DNA of 63,880 nucleotides, the filler included, from an uncultured Acidimicrobiia bacterium (GTDB lineage: Bacteria > Actinomycetota > Acidimicrobiia > Spongiisociales > JAOTWH01): NCBI GenBank assembly GCA_964347285.1. It is 8 parts of 8 records of this genome, joined end to end, with 100 filler letters (N's around TTAATTAATTAA, not from the genome) between each part and the next. Parts side by side here need not be neighbours in the genome. Positions count along the whole stretch, not along the records: positions 8,888 to 17,561 come from CAYFYE010000097.1; 7 more parts are not named here. The stretch is one strand, 5' to 3'. Shown piece after piece: positions 8,888 through 17,661 of the stretch (position 1 is its first letter; each line of letters opens with the position of its first letter). The notes under the pieces are model-generated. The model worked only from the letters and a program-made list of their open reading frames with translations. It made no database searches and was not told the origin of the DNA. Made by a program: the position numbers and the translations under genes.

Positions 8888-11124
8888 AATACCTGCCATT
8901 CAGCTTCTCCCGCCGCCACGGCGACCCGAGCCGACCCTGGAATGCCTTCGCCATTCGTGTGCGCGACGAAACGGGCCGGCCCCACGTGTCCTACGAAGGC
9001 AATTGGCGCGACATCTTCCAGAATTGGGAGGCGCTGTGCAGGAGCTTCCCCGAATACCGACCCGGCGTGATATCCGTGTTCGTCAACGCATCGACGCCGG
9101 ACGGCTTCAACCCGTATCGCATCACGCGCAACGGCATCGACTGGGAAATCCCCGACCCCGATGATCCGTGGAGCAACATCGGATACTGGGGGGACCACCA
9201 GATCGTGTACCTGCTCCGGCTGCTCGAGGCCGGTGACCGGTTCCTGCCGGGCGAAACAGAGCGGCTGCTTGGTGAGAGGTGGTTCTCCTACGCCGACGTG
9301 CCCTACCGCCTGGCCCCCTACGAAGAGCTCGTGCGCGACCCGAAAGCGACCATCGACTACGACGAGTCGGCGGCGTCGGGGTCGGCCACCCGAGTCCGTG
9401 AGGCGGGCAGCGACGGGAAACTGCTGTGGGGCGACGATGGAGAGGTGTACCAGGTCACTCTCGTCGAGAAGCTGCTGGTGCCCGCCCTGACGAAACTTTC
9501 CAACTTCGTCCCCGGCGGGGGCATCTGGATGAACACGCAACGACCGGAGTGGAACGACGCCAACAACGCCCTCGTCGGCTTCGGGTTGTCGATGGTGACC
9601 CTGTATCACCTCCGTCGATACCTCCACCACCTCAGATCGCTGATCCGTGCGACACAGCTGGCAGACGTGGCCATGTCGAAGGAGATCGCCGATTGGACCT
9701 CGGCCGTCACCGGCGCGCTTCGCAAGTCTCACCAGCGAGCCGCCGATGTCACCGACCGGGGCCGCAAGGATGTCATGGACGAGCTCGGACGCGCTTTCTC
9801 CGAATACCGGGCCCGCGTCTACGCCTCCGGTTTCTCGGGATTCACTCCGGTCGCCCCGGACGAAATCGCCGAGCTGTGCGATATCGCAATCGAGCATCTC
9901 GACGAGACGATCCGCAGCAGCCGCCGCGCCGACGGCCTCTACCACTCCTACAACCTGATCCGCTTTGCCCCCGACGGGTCGGCGGCTTCCGTGGAGCGCC
10001 TGCACGAAATGCTCGAAGGCCAGGTCGCCGTCCTCAGCTCGGGCGTGCTGTCCCCAGAAGAACAGGCCGATGTGGTCGATGCCCTGCTGGCCAGCGCGAT
10101 GTATCGCCCCGACCAACGGAGCTTCCTGCTGTACCCGGTCCGGCACCTTCCATCGTTCCTCGACAAGAACGTCGTGCCGGCGGAAGCCGTTGAGGGCAAC
10201 CCGCTCCTCGCGGCGCTACACGAAGCCGGTGACCGCTCGGTGGTCGCCATCGACGCAGACCGCCGATTCCGGTTCAATACCGCCTTCGCCAACCGGGACG
10301 ATCTCGAAGCGGCGCTCGATCGCCTCGCCGTTGATGCGCAATGGAGCAGCCTGGTGCCACGACACCGCGACGCGACGCTGGAGACCTACGAGAAGGTCTT
10401 CCGCCACCATGCCTATACGGGCCGCTCCGGATCGATGTACGGCTATGAGGGAATCGGCTCCATCTATTGGCACATGGTCGCCAAGCTGCTCGTCGCGGTA
10501 CAGGAGTCGGCAGTCGCCGCGGCATCCGGCGGCGCATCGCCCGCGACGGTGGAGCGCCTCGTCGACGCCTACTGGCGGATTCGATCGGGACTGGGCTTCA
10601 ACAAGACTGCCGAGGAGTTCGGCGCCATCCCAATCGATCCCTACTCGCACACACCCGCCCATGCCGGCGCCCAGCAGCCCGGCATGACAGGACTGGTCAA
10701 GGAGGAACTGCTCACGCGACCTCTCGAGGTCGGTGTGCGTGTTGAGAGCGGGGAGATCCGATTCGACCCGCTATTTCTTCGCCGTCACGAGCTGCTCGCA
10801 GAAACGGAATCATGGTTGGTATACGACCTCGCCCCCGCACCGTCGGTGATTCAGCTCCCCGAGGGCTCCTTGGGCATGACCCTGTGCCAAGTGCCGATCG
10901 TCGTCTCGGTGGCACGAAGCGATGCCAGGGTCGAGGTGCTCTTCGCCGACGGCACGACGAAATCGCAGTCCGGCCTGCATCTCGACCGCCAAACCAGTGC
11001 CAGGGTCTTCGCTCGATCGGGTGAGATCACGCGAATCCACGCCTACGTGCCCGACGAAGTGGTGGCCCGGCACCCGGCGGCGGAGCCGATGGAGAGACTC
11101 GACAGGGGGCACTCTCCCTCTTAG
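8888..11124 (+). CDS. Probable GH149-like beta-1,3-glucan phosphorylase (5' partial)
   Basis: Frame is open from the contig edge: YLPFSFSRRHGDPSRPWN, YEGNWRDIFQNWEAL, GYWGDHQ, YEGIGSIYWHMV and DPYSHTP...QQPGMTG, motifs recalled from GH149 proteins. Confidence 0.72.
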
Positions 11125-11259
11125 TGACCAAGCGTCTCCAGGCACGTCGTCCTTGAAGTCGACCCGGCCGCTGATGCCCTCGAATCCGTCCGGGCCCTCC
11201 ACGATCGGCGTCCCAGACTCGGCCCTAGCCGTACGTGATGTGGCGCACGATGAGGGGCG

Positions 11260-11359
11260 GATGGCGGAGCTGCTCGCCAAACCCGCCGAGCTCGCACCGT
11301 GGTTCGACAAGGCCTGGGACTGGATCGGCTCGCTGCCCGCCAAGCCGACGAAGAAGTAG
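11260..11359 (+). pseudogene. C-terminal relic of a small TfoX-like/hypothetical protein
   Basis: ELLAKPAELAPWFDKAWDWIGSLPAKPTKK* resembles the C-terminus of TfoX-like proteins; no N-terminus seen. Confidence 0.35.
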
Positions 11360-11655
11360 GCGCCAAGGCGCGGCCAACGAGCCACGAAGTCGCGCCGGCG
11401 ATCGGGACACACGGGATCCAGCAGAGGGTGCGCTAGGGGCTCTCCGCTATGCGTGCCGGGGGGCGAACCCTCGACAGGACACGACTGACTGCGCAGGAGA
11501 TGGCTCTCAACTGCTCTCAACTTACGAGAGAAGCCGTGAAGAGGCCCTCGTGCAGTAGCCCGAGCTTGGCCATCTCGATGAACACAGCAAAGATCAGTGG
11601 GGGAAGGCCGACACCGCCGAGGTTGGGTCCATCCTGTACGTAGCCGGCGCGGGCG

Positions 11656-12371
11656 TCAGGCGCCGACGGCGGGGACGTCGCGGCGGAAGAGGGCTTCTTC
11701 GGAGGATCCACCGAGCTCCTCGGCGAACCGCCGCCCGTCCCAAACGGCCGCGGCAATGGTGCCCGGTGCGAGCGCATCACCGACCGCACGCATGGTCTGC
11801 AGCCCGGCGTCGGCCCAGGATGCACGCATCTGCGCAAGAGCGACCGCGAGCTCGTCATGGGGAGTGCGCGACTTCACGAGGACGATGGCCCCACTATCGC
11901 GCAGGGCCGGGTCACCGCCGAACACACTATGCAGGACCACTCCGTCAGTGGTGCTTCCGGCGACCACATGGTGCGGAACGATGTCGACGCCCAGGTCGCG
12001 GAGCCGCCTCTGAATGCGGTACTGCTCCATCGTGTTGTGAGAGATCCCGCTGGGGACGAGCTCGATCGCTGCAAGGGCACCGTGTCGATGGATCGCCTCC
12101 ACCACGAGCCGGTACGCCGGGATATCTGCGTCGTCCCACAGCCTCCCCTCGATGTAAGGAGCGGTCTCCGACGACGGATGGATCTCGACTTCCTCGGTCG
12201 ACACCACCGCCCAGCCACCCTCTGCCTTGACCCCGCGCATGGCGGCGAGGGCCGAGGGGTCCGGTGACCCATGCCGTTGCGGTGCGGCGTCTGGAAGAAG
12301 CGGTTGCGAGCCACCACGGGCCCGATGGGGACGGGGTGGAAGAAAACGTCGTATCGGGGGTCTCGGGCCAC
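11656..12371 (-). pseudogene. Trimethylamine/histamine dehydrogenase-like flavoenzyme relic (frameshift plus large internal deletion)
   Basis: MARDPRYDVFFHPVPIGPVVARNRFFQTPH, then a shift to MRGVKAEGGWAVVSTEEVEIHP...HGALAAIEL, joined directly to C-terminal GDALAPGTIAAAVWDGRRFAEEL; about 240 aa versus about 700 typical. Confidence 0.85.
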
Positions 12372-12793
12372 GATCGGATCCTACGTGCGACGGATCCCAG
12401 TTGTTTTGGCACCCGTGGCCCCTTCACCATCCGGGTGCCGTGCCTGCTCCCGGCCTGGTAATGCTCGGCCGATCGCGCACCGTCGGGCTCCGGTTGGAGA
12501 ACACACCCTCGTGTCCACAGCACCTTGAGGGGGACCGATACGGGCTACCCACTGGCGGCAACGAACCTGGTGCCCGGCGGCGAGGGCCCCAGTTGGAGCC
12601 GTGCCGATTCCACGATCTCCCCGGCAACGATCGACCATCTCCCCGAGCCGGCAACTGCGATGCCTGGCCGGCTCGTTGGCGATCGCGGGATGGGCCTTGA
12701 GCTCGAAGAGCTACCCCACTGCTTTACCCCCCATTCGCAGCCGAAAGGATTTTCACTCAGAAGTAGCGATCGTGAACGCATCCGTGACCGGGG

Positions 12794-13711
12794 TCAACGC
12801 TGCCCGCTCGAATCCGCCCATGCCCGCGCCGTTGCTGCAGCTACCCGGGCAACGAACGTCGTCGCGGACGCTTGGTCCAGCTCCCAATCGATGACGATCT
12901 CCTCCACGTCCTCGAGCTGATCGGCGTCGAGCTCGATCGCCCGAGGATGGACCACGAAATCGACGCCGATGAACGGATGCTTGTCATCGAGGTCGGGGGT
13001 GAGAACCGTGCCTGCGTAGTACTGGCCGACGAGCGCCCGCATTCGTTCCACCCCGCGCAGTGTGGGGGCCGCGACGGCAACGACTGCGTTCGGAGCGAGC
13101 GTCGACAGCTGCCGCAATACCGACGGCGACGGAATGAAGTTGAGCTCGACGACCCGGTCGAGATCCTCCGATACCTGAACGAGGTCCGCCAGGTGGAACA
13201 CCGGAGTAACCACTACGTCGATCTCCGCCTCCCATCCGGGCTGGAGCGCGTCGAGCATCCTCGGCTCTAGTGCAACTCCCGTCGTGTTCTCCACCAGGGA
13301 GGCCATGCGATCGAGGTCGGGCCGATTGCATTCGACAAAGACCACCGTGCCGGTGTCGGGAGAGCCGATGGCGAGAGCAGACTCGAACAGCTCCCGAATC
13401 CGATCGGCACCGAGTCCCGAACTGCGGGCCGTCAGCACCGCATCGCGGATGACTCGATCTACCTCATCCATGCTCAACTCTGGAGCGGCGCCGGCATTGA
13501 CCAGGAAGCTGCCCACCCGCGGTTCGGTCCGCACCAGGCCATGGCGAGCCAGCCTCCGAATGGCGCGGTTGACGGTGCTTGGGTTAGACCCAAGCTCCTT
13601 CGCAAGGAACCGGCACGTGGGCAGCTTGCTGCCCACCTCGATTGCCCCCGCTCCGATGCGCTCGAGAAGCGCTGCATAGACCTCGTCGACACCGGGGGCG
13701 GGAGCGGTCAT
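12794..13711 (-). CDS. GntR family transcriptional regulator with extended C-terminal domain
   Basis: GSKLPTCRFLAKELGSNPSTVNRAIRRLARHGLV winged HTH followed by about 200 aa (VFVECN...). Confidence 0.88.
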   Translation of the reverse strand: MTAPAPGVDEVYAALLERIGAGAIEVGSKLPTCRFLAKELGSNPSTVNRAIRRLARHGLVRTEPRVGSFLVNAGAAPELSMDEVDRVIRDAVLTARSSGLGADRIRELFESALAIGSPDTGTVVFVECNRPDLDRMASLVENTTGVALEPRMLDALQPGWEAEIDVVVTPVFHLADLVQVSEDLDRVVELNFIPSPSVLRQLSTLAPNAVVAVAAPTLRGVERMRALVGQYYAGTVLTPDLDDKHPFIGVDFVVHPRAIELDADQLEDVEEIVIDWELDQASATTFVARVAAATARAWADSSGQR

Positions 13712-13988
13712 CGCCGGGCTCCCTTCGAAACGATCTGAGGCTCGGGCGGGTCGATCACGGCCACTTCCTCTAAGTCGGCCGACCCGATCATCGATCGCTG
13801 CGTCGCCAGCGCGTGCGTCGCCCCTCCGGTCTCAACACGCATCATCACGTCGCACATCGTCTGCGAGAGCATCACGCAACCGCAGGCGCTCTCGGGCCAT
13901 GATCCCCGTGGCGGGCTGATAGCCCGTGAGCGGGTCGAGGAACCCGAAGAGGTCCAGGACCCCGTTCGTGACGGTGGGCTCGAATCAC

Positions 13989-15368
13989 TCACAAGTGCGA
14001 AAACCCTGCGGCTGCGAGCCCCGATTCCCTCACCAGTCGCTCGGCGAGGGGGCGGCACCTGGCGATCTGCGCCGCCTCGTCCACCGTGGTCGAAACCCCA
14101 CCGTCCAGAAGCCGGCGGCCGTCGACCCACACATCGGTGACCGACCGCGGGCTTGTGCAGTAAACGACCTGTTGGTAGGGGTCGTGCAGATTGGCCAGCT
14201 CTGCGGAACTGCCGAGCAGGACTACGTCTGCTCGCTTGCCGGGCTCGAGGCTGCCGATGATGTCGGACAGTCCCAGTGCCTCAGCGCCCCCGAGGGTTGC
14301 CATCTGTAGAACCTCGGAGGCGCTGACGGCCGACGGGTCGAGGCGGTGGACCTTCTGCAGCAGCGCCGTCATCTTCACCGCCTCCAGCATGTTCTGCGAG
14401 TCGTTGGACGCCGCCCCGTCGGTGCCGATGCCGAGCCGGAGGCCTGCCCTCAACAGGCGGGGCACCGGGCTCACGCCAGATCCCAGGATCATGTTCGCCA
14501 CCGGGTTGTGCGCTCCCGCCGTGTCGTGGGTTGCCAGCAGCTCGACGTCTTGCTCGGTGAGCCAGACGAGATGGGCGGCGATCACGTCGATAGCGAGTAG
14601 CCCAACAACAGCAGCTTGCTCGATGCTGGAGCGACCCCAACGTGCGCGCGCCGCAACGGTCTCCTCGCGCGCCTCGGCGAGATGGGTGTGGACCGCCCAT
14701 CCGCGCTCACCGGCCATGGCGAGGGCAGCGTCGAGCAGCTCGTCGCTCGATCCGAGCATCGTCCCGACACCTAACCGGAACGCCACGAGCTCGGTGGCGC
14801 CGGCGGCCTCGGCAAGCGCTTGATGCTCTTCGATGACCTCGGCGACAGTGAAACGGCTACCCCCCAGCGCCTCGAATGCATCCTCGGCCCCGAACGCGGT
14901 GACGCCGCGCAGCCCCGACTCGGCAAGGCCCTCGGCCACGCCCAGGCTGGCAAAGGATCCCGGCCGGTAGTGGTGGAACATGTCGTTCACGCACGTGACC
15001 CCGGAGTGCAGAAGCTCGACCGCCTTGAGCAGGGTGCCCTGTCGCGCCATCTCCCGTGTCAGCACCGAGCCCGCGGGAGTGATCACCCGCCGTCCCCACT
15101 CGAACAGCGTGAGGTCAGAACCCATGCCGGGGATCAGCGCCTCCGACAGGTGGGTGTGGGCATTGACCAGACCGGGAATCACCACCCCGGTTCCCTCCCC
15201 CACGGTGGCCACGTCGGGATGAGCCCGGCGGAGCTCGTCGGAGGAACCGACGGCGGCGATCGCTCCGTCTTCGATGAGTACGGCGCCGTCCCGGATGTCT
15301 CCGGCCGGCCCCATCGTCAGCACCCAAGATCCTCCCACGAGCGTCCGCTCCGGGGCCGGCAGGCTCAT
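13989..15368 (-). CDS. Amidohydrolase (MtaD/AtzA-like deaminase family)
   Basis: PGLVNAHTH, HTHLAE, AAHLVW, HNPVANMILGSG and GTDGAASND; ATGA coupling to the aminotransferase. Confidence 0.9.
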   Translation of the reverse strand: MSLPAPERTLVGGSWVLTMGPAGDIRDGAVLIEDGAIAAVGSSDELRRAHPDVATVGEGTGVVIPGLVNAHTHLSEALIPGMGSDLTLFEWGRRVITPAGSVLTREMARQGTLLKAVELLHSGVTCVNDMFHHYRPGSFASLGVAEGLAESGLRGVTAFGAEDAFEALGGSRFTVAEVIEEHQALAEAAGATELVAFRLGVGTMLGSSDELLDAALAMAGERGWAVHTHLAEAREETVAARARWGRSSIEQAAVVGLLAIDVIAAHLVWLTEQDVELLATHDTAGAHNPVANMILGSGVSPVPRLLRAGLRLGIGTDGAASNDSQNMLEAVKMTALLQKVHRLDPSAVSASEVLQMATLGGAEALGLSDIIGSLEPGKRADVVLLGSSAELANLHDPYQQVVYCTSPRSVTDVWVDGRRLLDGGVSTTVDEAAQIARCRPLAERLVRESGLAAAGFSHL

Positions 15369-16600
15369 CGGGTGGCCTCGACCGTTGTGAGGGACTCGTC
15401 GAGCGCCCGGAACATCTCGTCCAACTCTGCGGTGGTGACCACGAGGGGAGGGGCCACCCGGATGGTGCCGTCGGCGTTGAGCATCGAGCCGACGAGAACA
15501 CCCCGCATCTCCATGGCCTTGACCACGGGCATCGCCAGGTCGGCCGGGGTCACGTCGAATCCCCACCACAAGCCCAAGCCCCTGGCGTCGGCGAGTATCC
15601 GGTGATCGCTCCGGAGACGGGACAGACCGGCCCGCAGGTACTCGCCCATTTCTCGGGCCCGTTGCACGAGGCCCTCGCGCTCGATCACGTCGAACGCGGC
15701 ACACGCCGCCGCGCACGAGACCGGGTTGCCACCAAAGGTCGTGACATGGGACAGGGGTGGATCGAGAAACGTGGCGAAGATCTCCCGTGTGGAGATGAAC
15801 GCCCCGAGGGGAAGCCCACCGCCCACGGCCTTGGCGACGGTGATGATGTCGGGAGTGACGTCCCACTCCTGGCACGAGAACCAGTGACCGGAGCGCCCCA
15901 TCGCCCCCTGCACCTCGTCGGCGATCAAGAGGGCACCCCGCTCGGTGCAGAGCTCCCGCAACCCGGGGAGAAAGGCGTCGGGTGGGATGCGAACCCCCGC
16001 CTCCCCCTGCACCGGCTCGACAATGACCGCTGCAGTGTCATCTCCGATCGCTGCGGCAGCCGCATCGAGGTCGCCGAACGGTACGAACGTCACCTGCTCG
16101 AGAAGCGGCTGGAATGAATCCCGATATCGCTCCCGCCACGACACCGATAGCGAGCCGAAGGTGCGGCCGTGGAACGACCCCTCGAACGCCACGTAGCCCG
16201 GCCTTCCCGTGTACTTGCGGGCGAGCTTGAGAGCCCCCTCGTTGGCCTCGGTACCGGTGCTGGTGAGGAAGGCGACGTCGAGATCCCCGGGCGTGACCCG
16301 GGCCAGGCGCTCGGCGATCTCCACCTGGGGCGGCAACACGAAACGGCCATACACGTTGATGTGGGCGTAGCTCTGCATCTGGGCGATGACGGCCGCAACC
16401 ACCTCGGGGTGGGAATGACCGACGTTGGCCACCGCGATGCCGCTGATCATGTCGAGGTAGGTGCGGTCTGCCGTATGGATCCGGCACCCCTCCGCGGCGG
16501 TGACGACGATCTCCTTTCGGCCGGGGACCGTCTGGGAGAGGTGAGTGAGGAACCGGTCCTTGTACTGCTCGGCAACCTCGGAGCTCATCGGTTTGGTCAT
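15365..16600 (-). CDS. Class III PLP aminotransferase
   Basis: SFHGRT, EPVQGEAG, LIADEVQ, VAKAVGGG and TTFGGNP. Confidence 0.92.
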   Translation of the reverse strand: MTKPMSSEVAEQYKDRFLTHLSQTVPGRKEIVVTAAEGCRIHTADRTYLDMISGIAVANVGHSHPEVVAAVIAQMQSYAHINVYGRFVLPPQVEIAERLARVTPGDLDVAFLTSTGTEANEGALKLARKYTGRPGYVAFEGSFHGRTFGSLSVSWRERYRDSFQPLLEQVTFVPFGDLDAAAAAIGDDTAAVIVEPVQGEAGVRIPPDAFLPGLRELCTERGALLIADEVQGAMGRSGHWFSCQEWDVTPDIITVAKAVGGGLPLGAFISTREIFATFLDPPLSHVTTFGGNPVSCAAACAAFDVIEREGLVQRAREMGEYLRAGLSRLRSDHRILADARGLGLWWGFDVTPADLAMPVVKAMEMRGVLVGSMLNADGTIRVAPPLVVTTAELDEMFRALDESLTTVEATR

Positions 16601-16625
16601 CGCCCGACCTCCATCCACACGAGCG

Positions 16626-17279
16626 TCATGCCGACCCGAAGGTGGCGTCGAACCAAGCCATGGCTCGCCCCAGCTCGGCACCCGTGTGGCGGAACCGGCG
16701 CCCCCATTCGATCCTGCCTCCGCCGGCCCGCGCCCCCATCGCCACCTGGGCCCGTTCCTCCAGGAAGTAGAGGCGGGTCAGGGCCTCGAGGGTCGTTGCC
16801 CCGACGGCCAGACAACCGTTGGAGCGCAAGATGACCGCATGGTCCTCGCCAAGGGTCGCCGCCACCGCTTCCCCCTGGGGCAGGGTGGTGATGAGGTCGG
16901 TGTCGGGATGGACCGGGACTCGGGTACCCGCCAGGGCCCCGAGCCCGTGAAGCAGCGGGAGCTCCTCGGCGCCGGTGCCCCACAGGACGACGGAGGGCGG
17001 GTGGCCCCGACAGATGGCACCGACGTCGGGCCGGGTCCCATATACCGCGGCATGCATCGGCACCTCGAGCGGAACTTCCGAGCCACCCAAAGGAAGGTTT
17101 CCTGCATCGGAGACCACCACCACATCCTCCGGGCCGGCGCGGGCGAAGGGCAGCGTGCTGGTGATGGCGAATCCTCCTTCCCATCGGACTGAGACATGAC
17201 CGAAGGCCGCGGCGAGGCCGGCAGCGGACATCATCCGCGCTGCGTGGGCAACCGACTGGCGGACTCCCAGCTCATCCAT
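16626..17279 (-). CDS. Class II aldolase/adducin family protein
   Basis: FGHVSVR, LEVPMHAAVYGTRPDVGAICRGHPP and ILRSNGCLAVG. Confidence 0.85.
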   Translation of the reverse strand: MDELGVRQSVAHAARMMSAAGLAAAFGHVSVRWEGGFAITSTLPFARAGPEDVVVVSDAGNLPLGGSEVPLEVPMHAAVYGTRPDVGAICRGHPPSVVLWGTGAEELPLLHGLGALAGTRVPVHPDTDLITTLPQGEAVAATLGEDHAVILRSNGCLAVGATTLEALTRLYFLEERAQVAMGARAGGGRIEWGRRFRHTGAELGRAMAWFDATFGSA

Positions 17280-17561
17280 TTCCCCGACCCTCCACAGGCG
17301 TGCCGGGCGGACGCACACCCCTGATGGCGATGAACCGGGGGCGAGTCAGCTCCTCGTAGGTGTAGCCGATCCCCTCCCTGCCGGTACCGGCGAGCCCGAA
17401 GCCACCGAAGCGAACCACCGGCGGCCGGTAGTTGTTCGTGCCGTTGACGACCACCCCCCCGACTTGGAAACGTTGGGCTGCCGTCATCGCCCTCTCCAGG
17501 TCACCGGAGAACACGGCGGCAGTGAGGGCGAGCTGTGACGAGTTGACGATTTGGATGGCTT
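17272..17561 (-). CDS. Aldehyde dehydrogenase C-terminus (5' partial)
   Basis: LTAAVFSGDLERA...GGVVVN...FGGFGLAGTGREG. Confidence 0.85.
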
Positions 17562-17661
17562 NNNNNNNNNNNNNNNNNNNNNNNNNNNNNNNNNNNNNNN
17601 NNNNNTTAATTAATTAANNNNNNNNNNNNNNNNNNNNNNNNNNNNNNNNNNNNNNNNNNNN
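17562..17661. other. Artificial contig linker
   Basis: N44-TTAATTAATTAA-N44. Confidence 0.99.

Noticed and set aside
12380..12790. Possible further gene relics here and at 13710-13990 and 40290-40600
   Set aside because: Only short suggestive peptide patches; a family cannot be assigned without a search.
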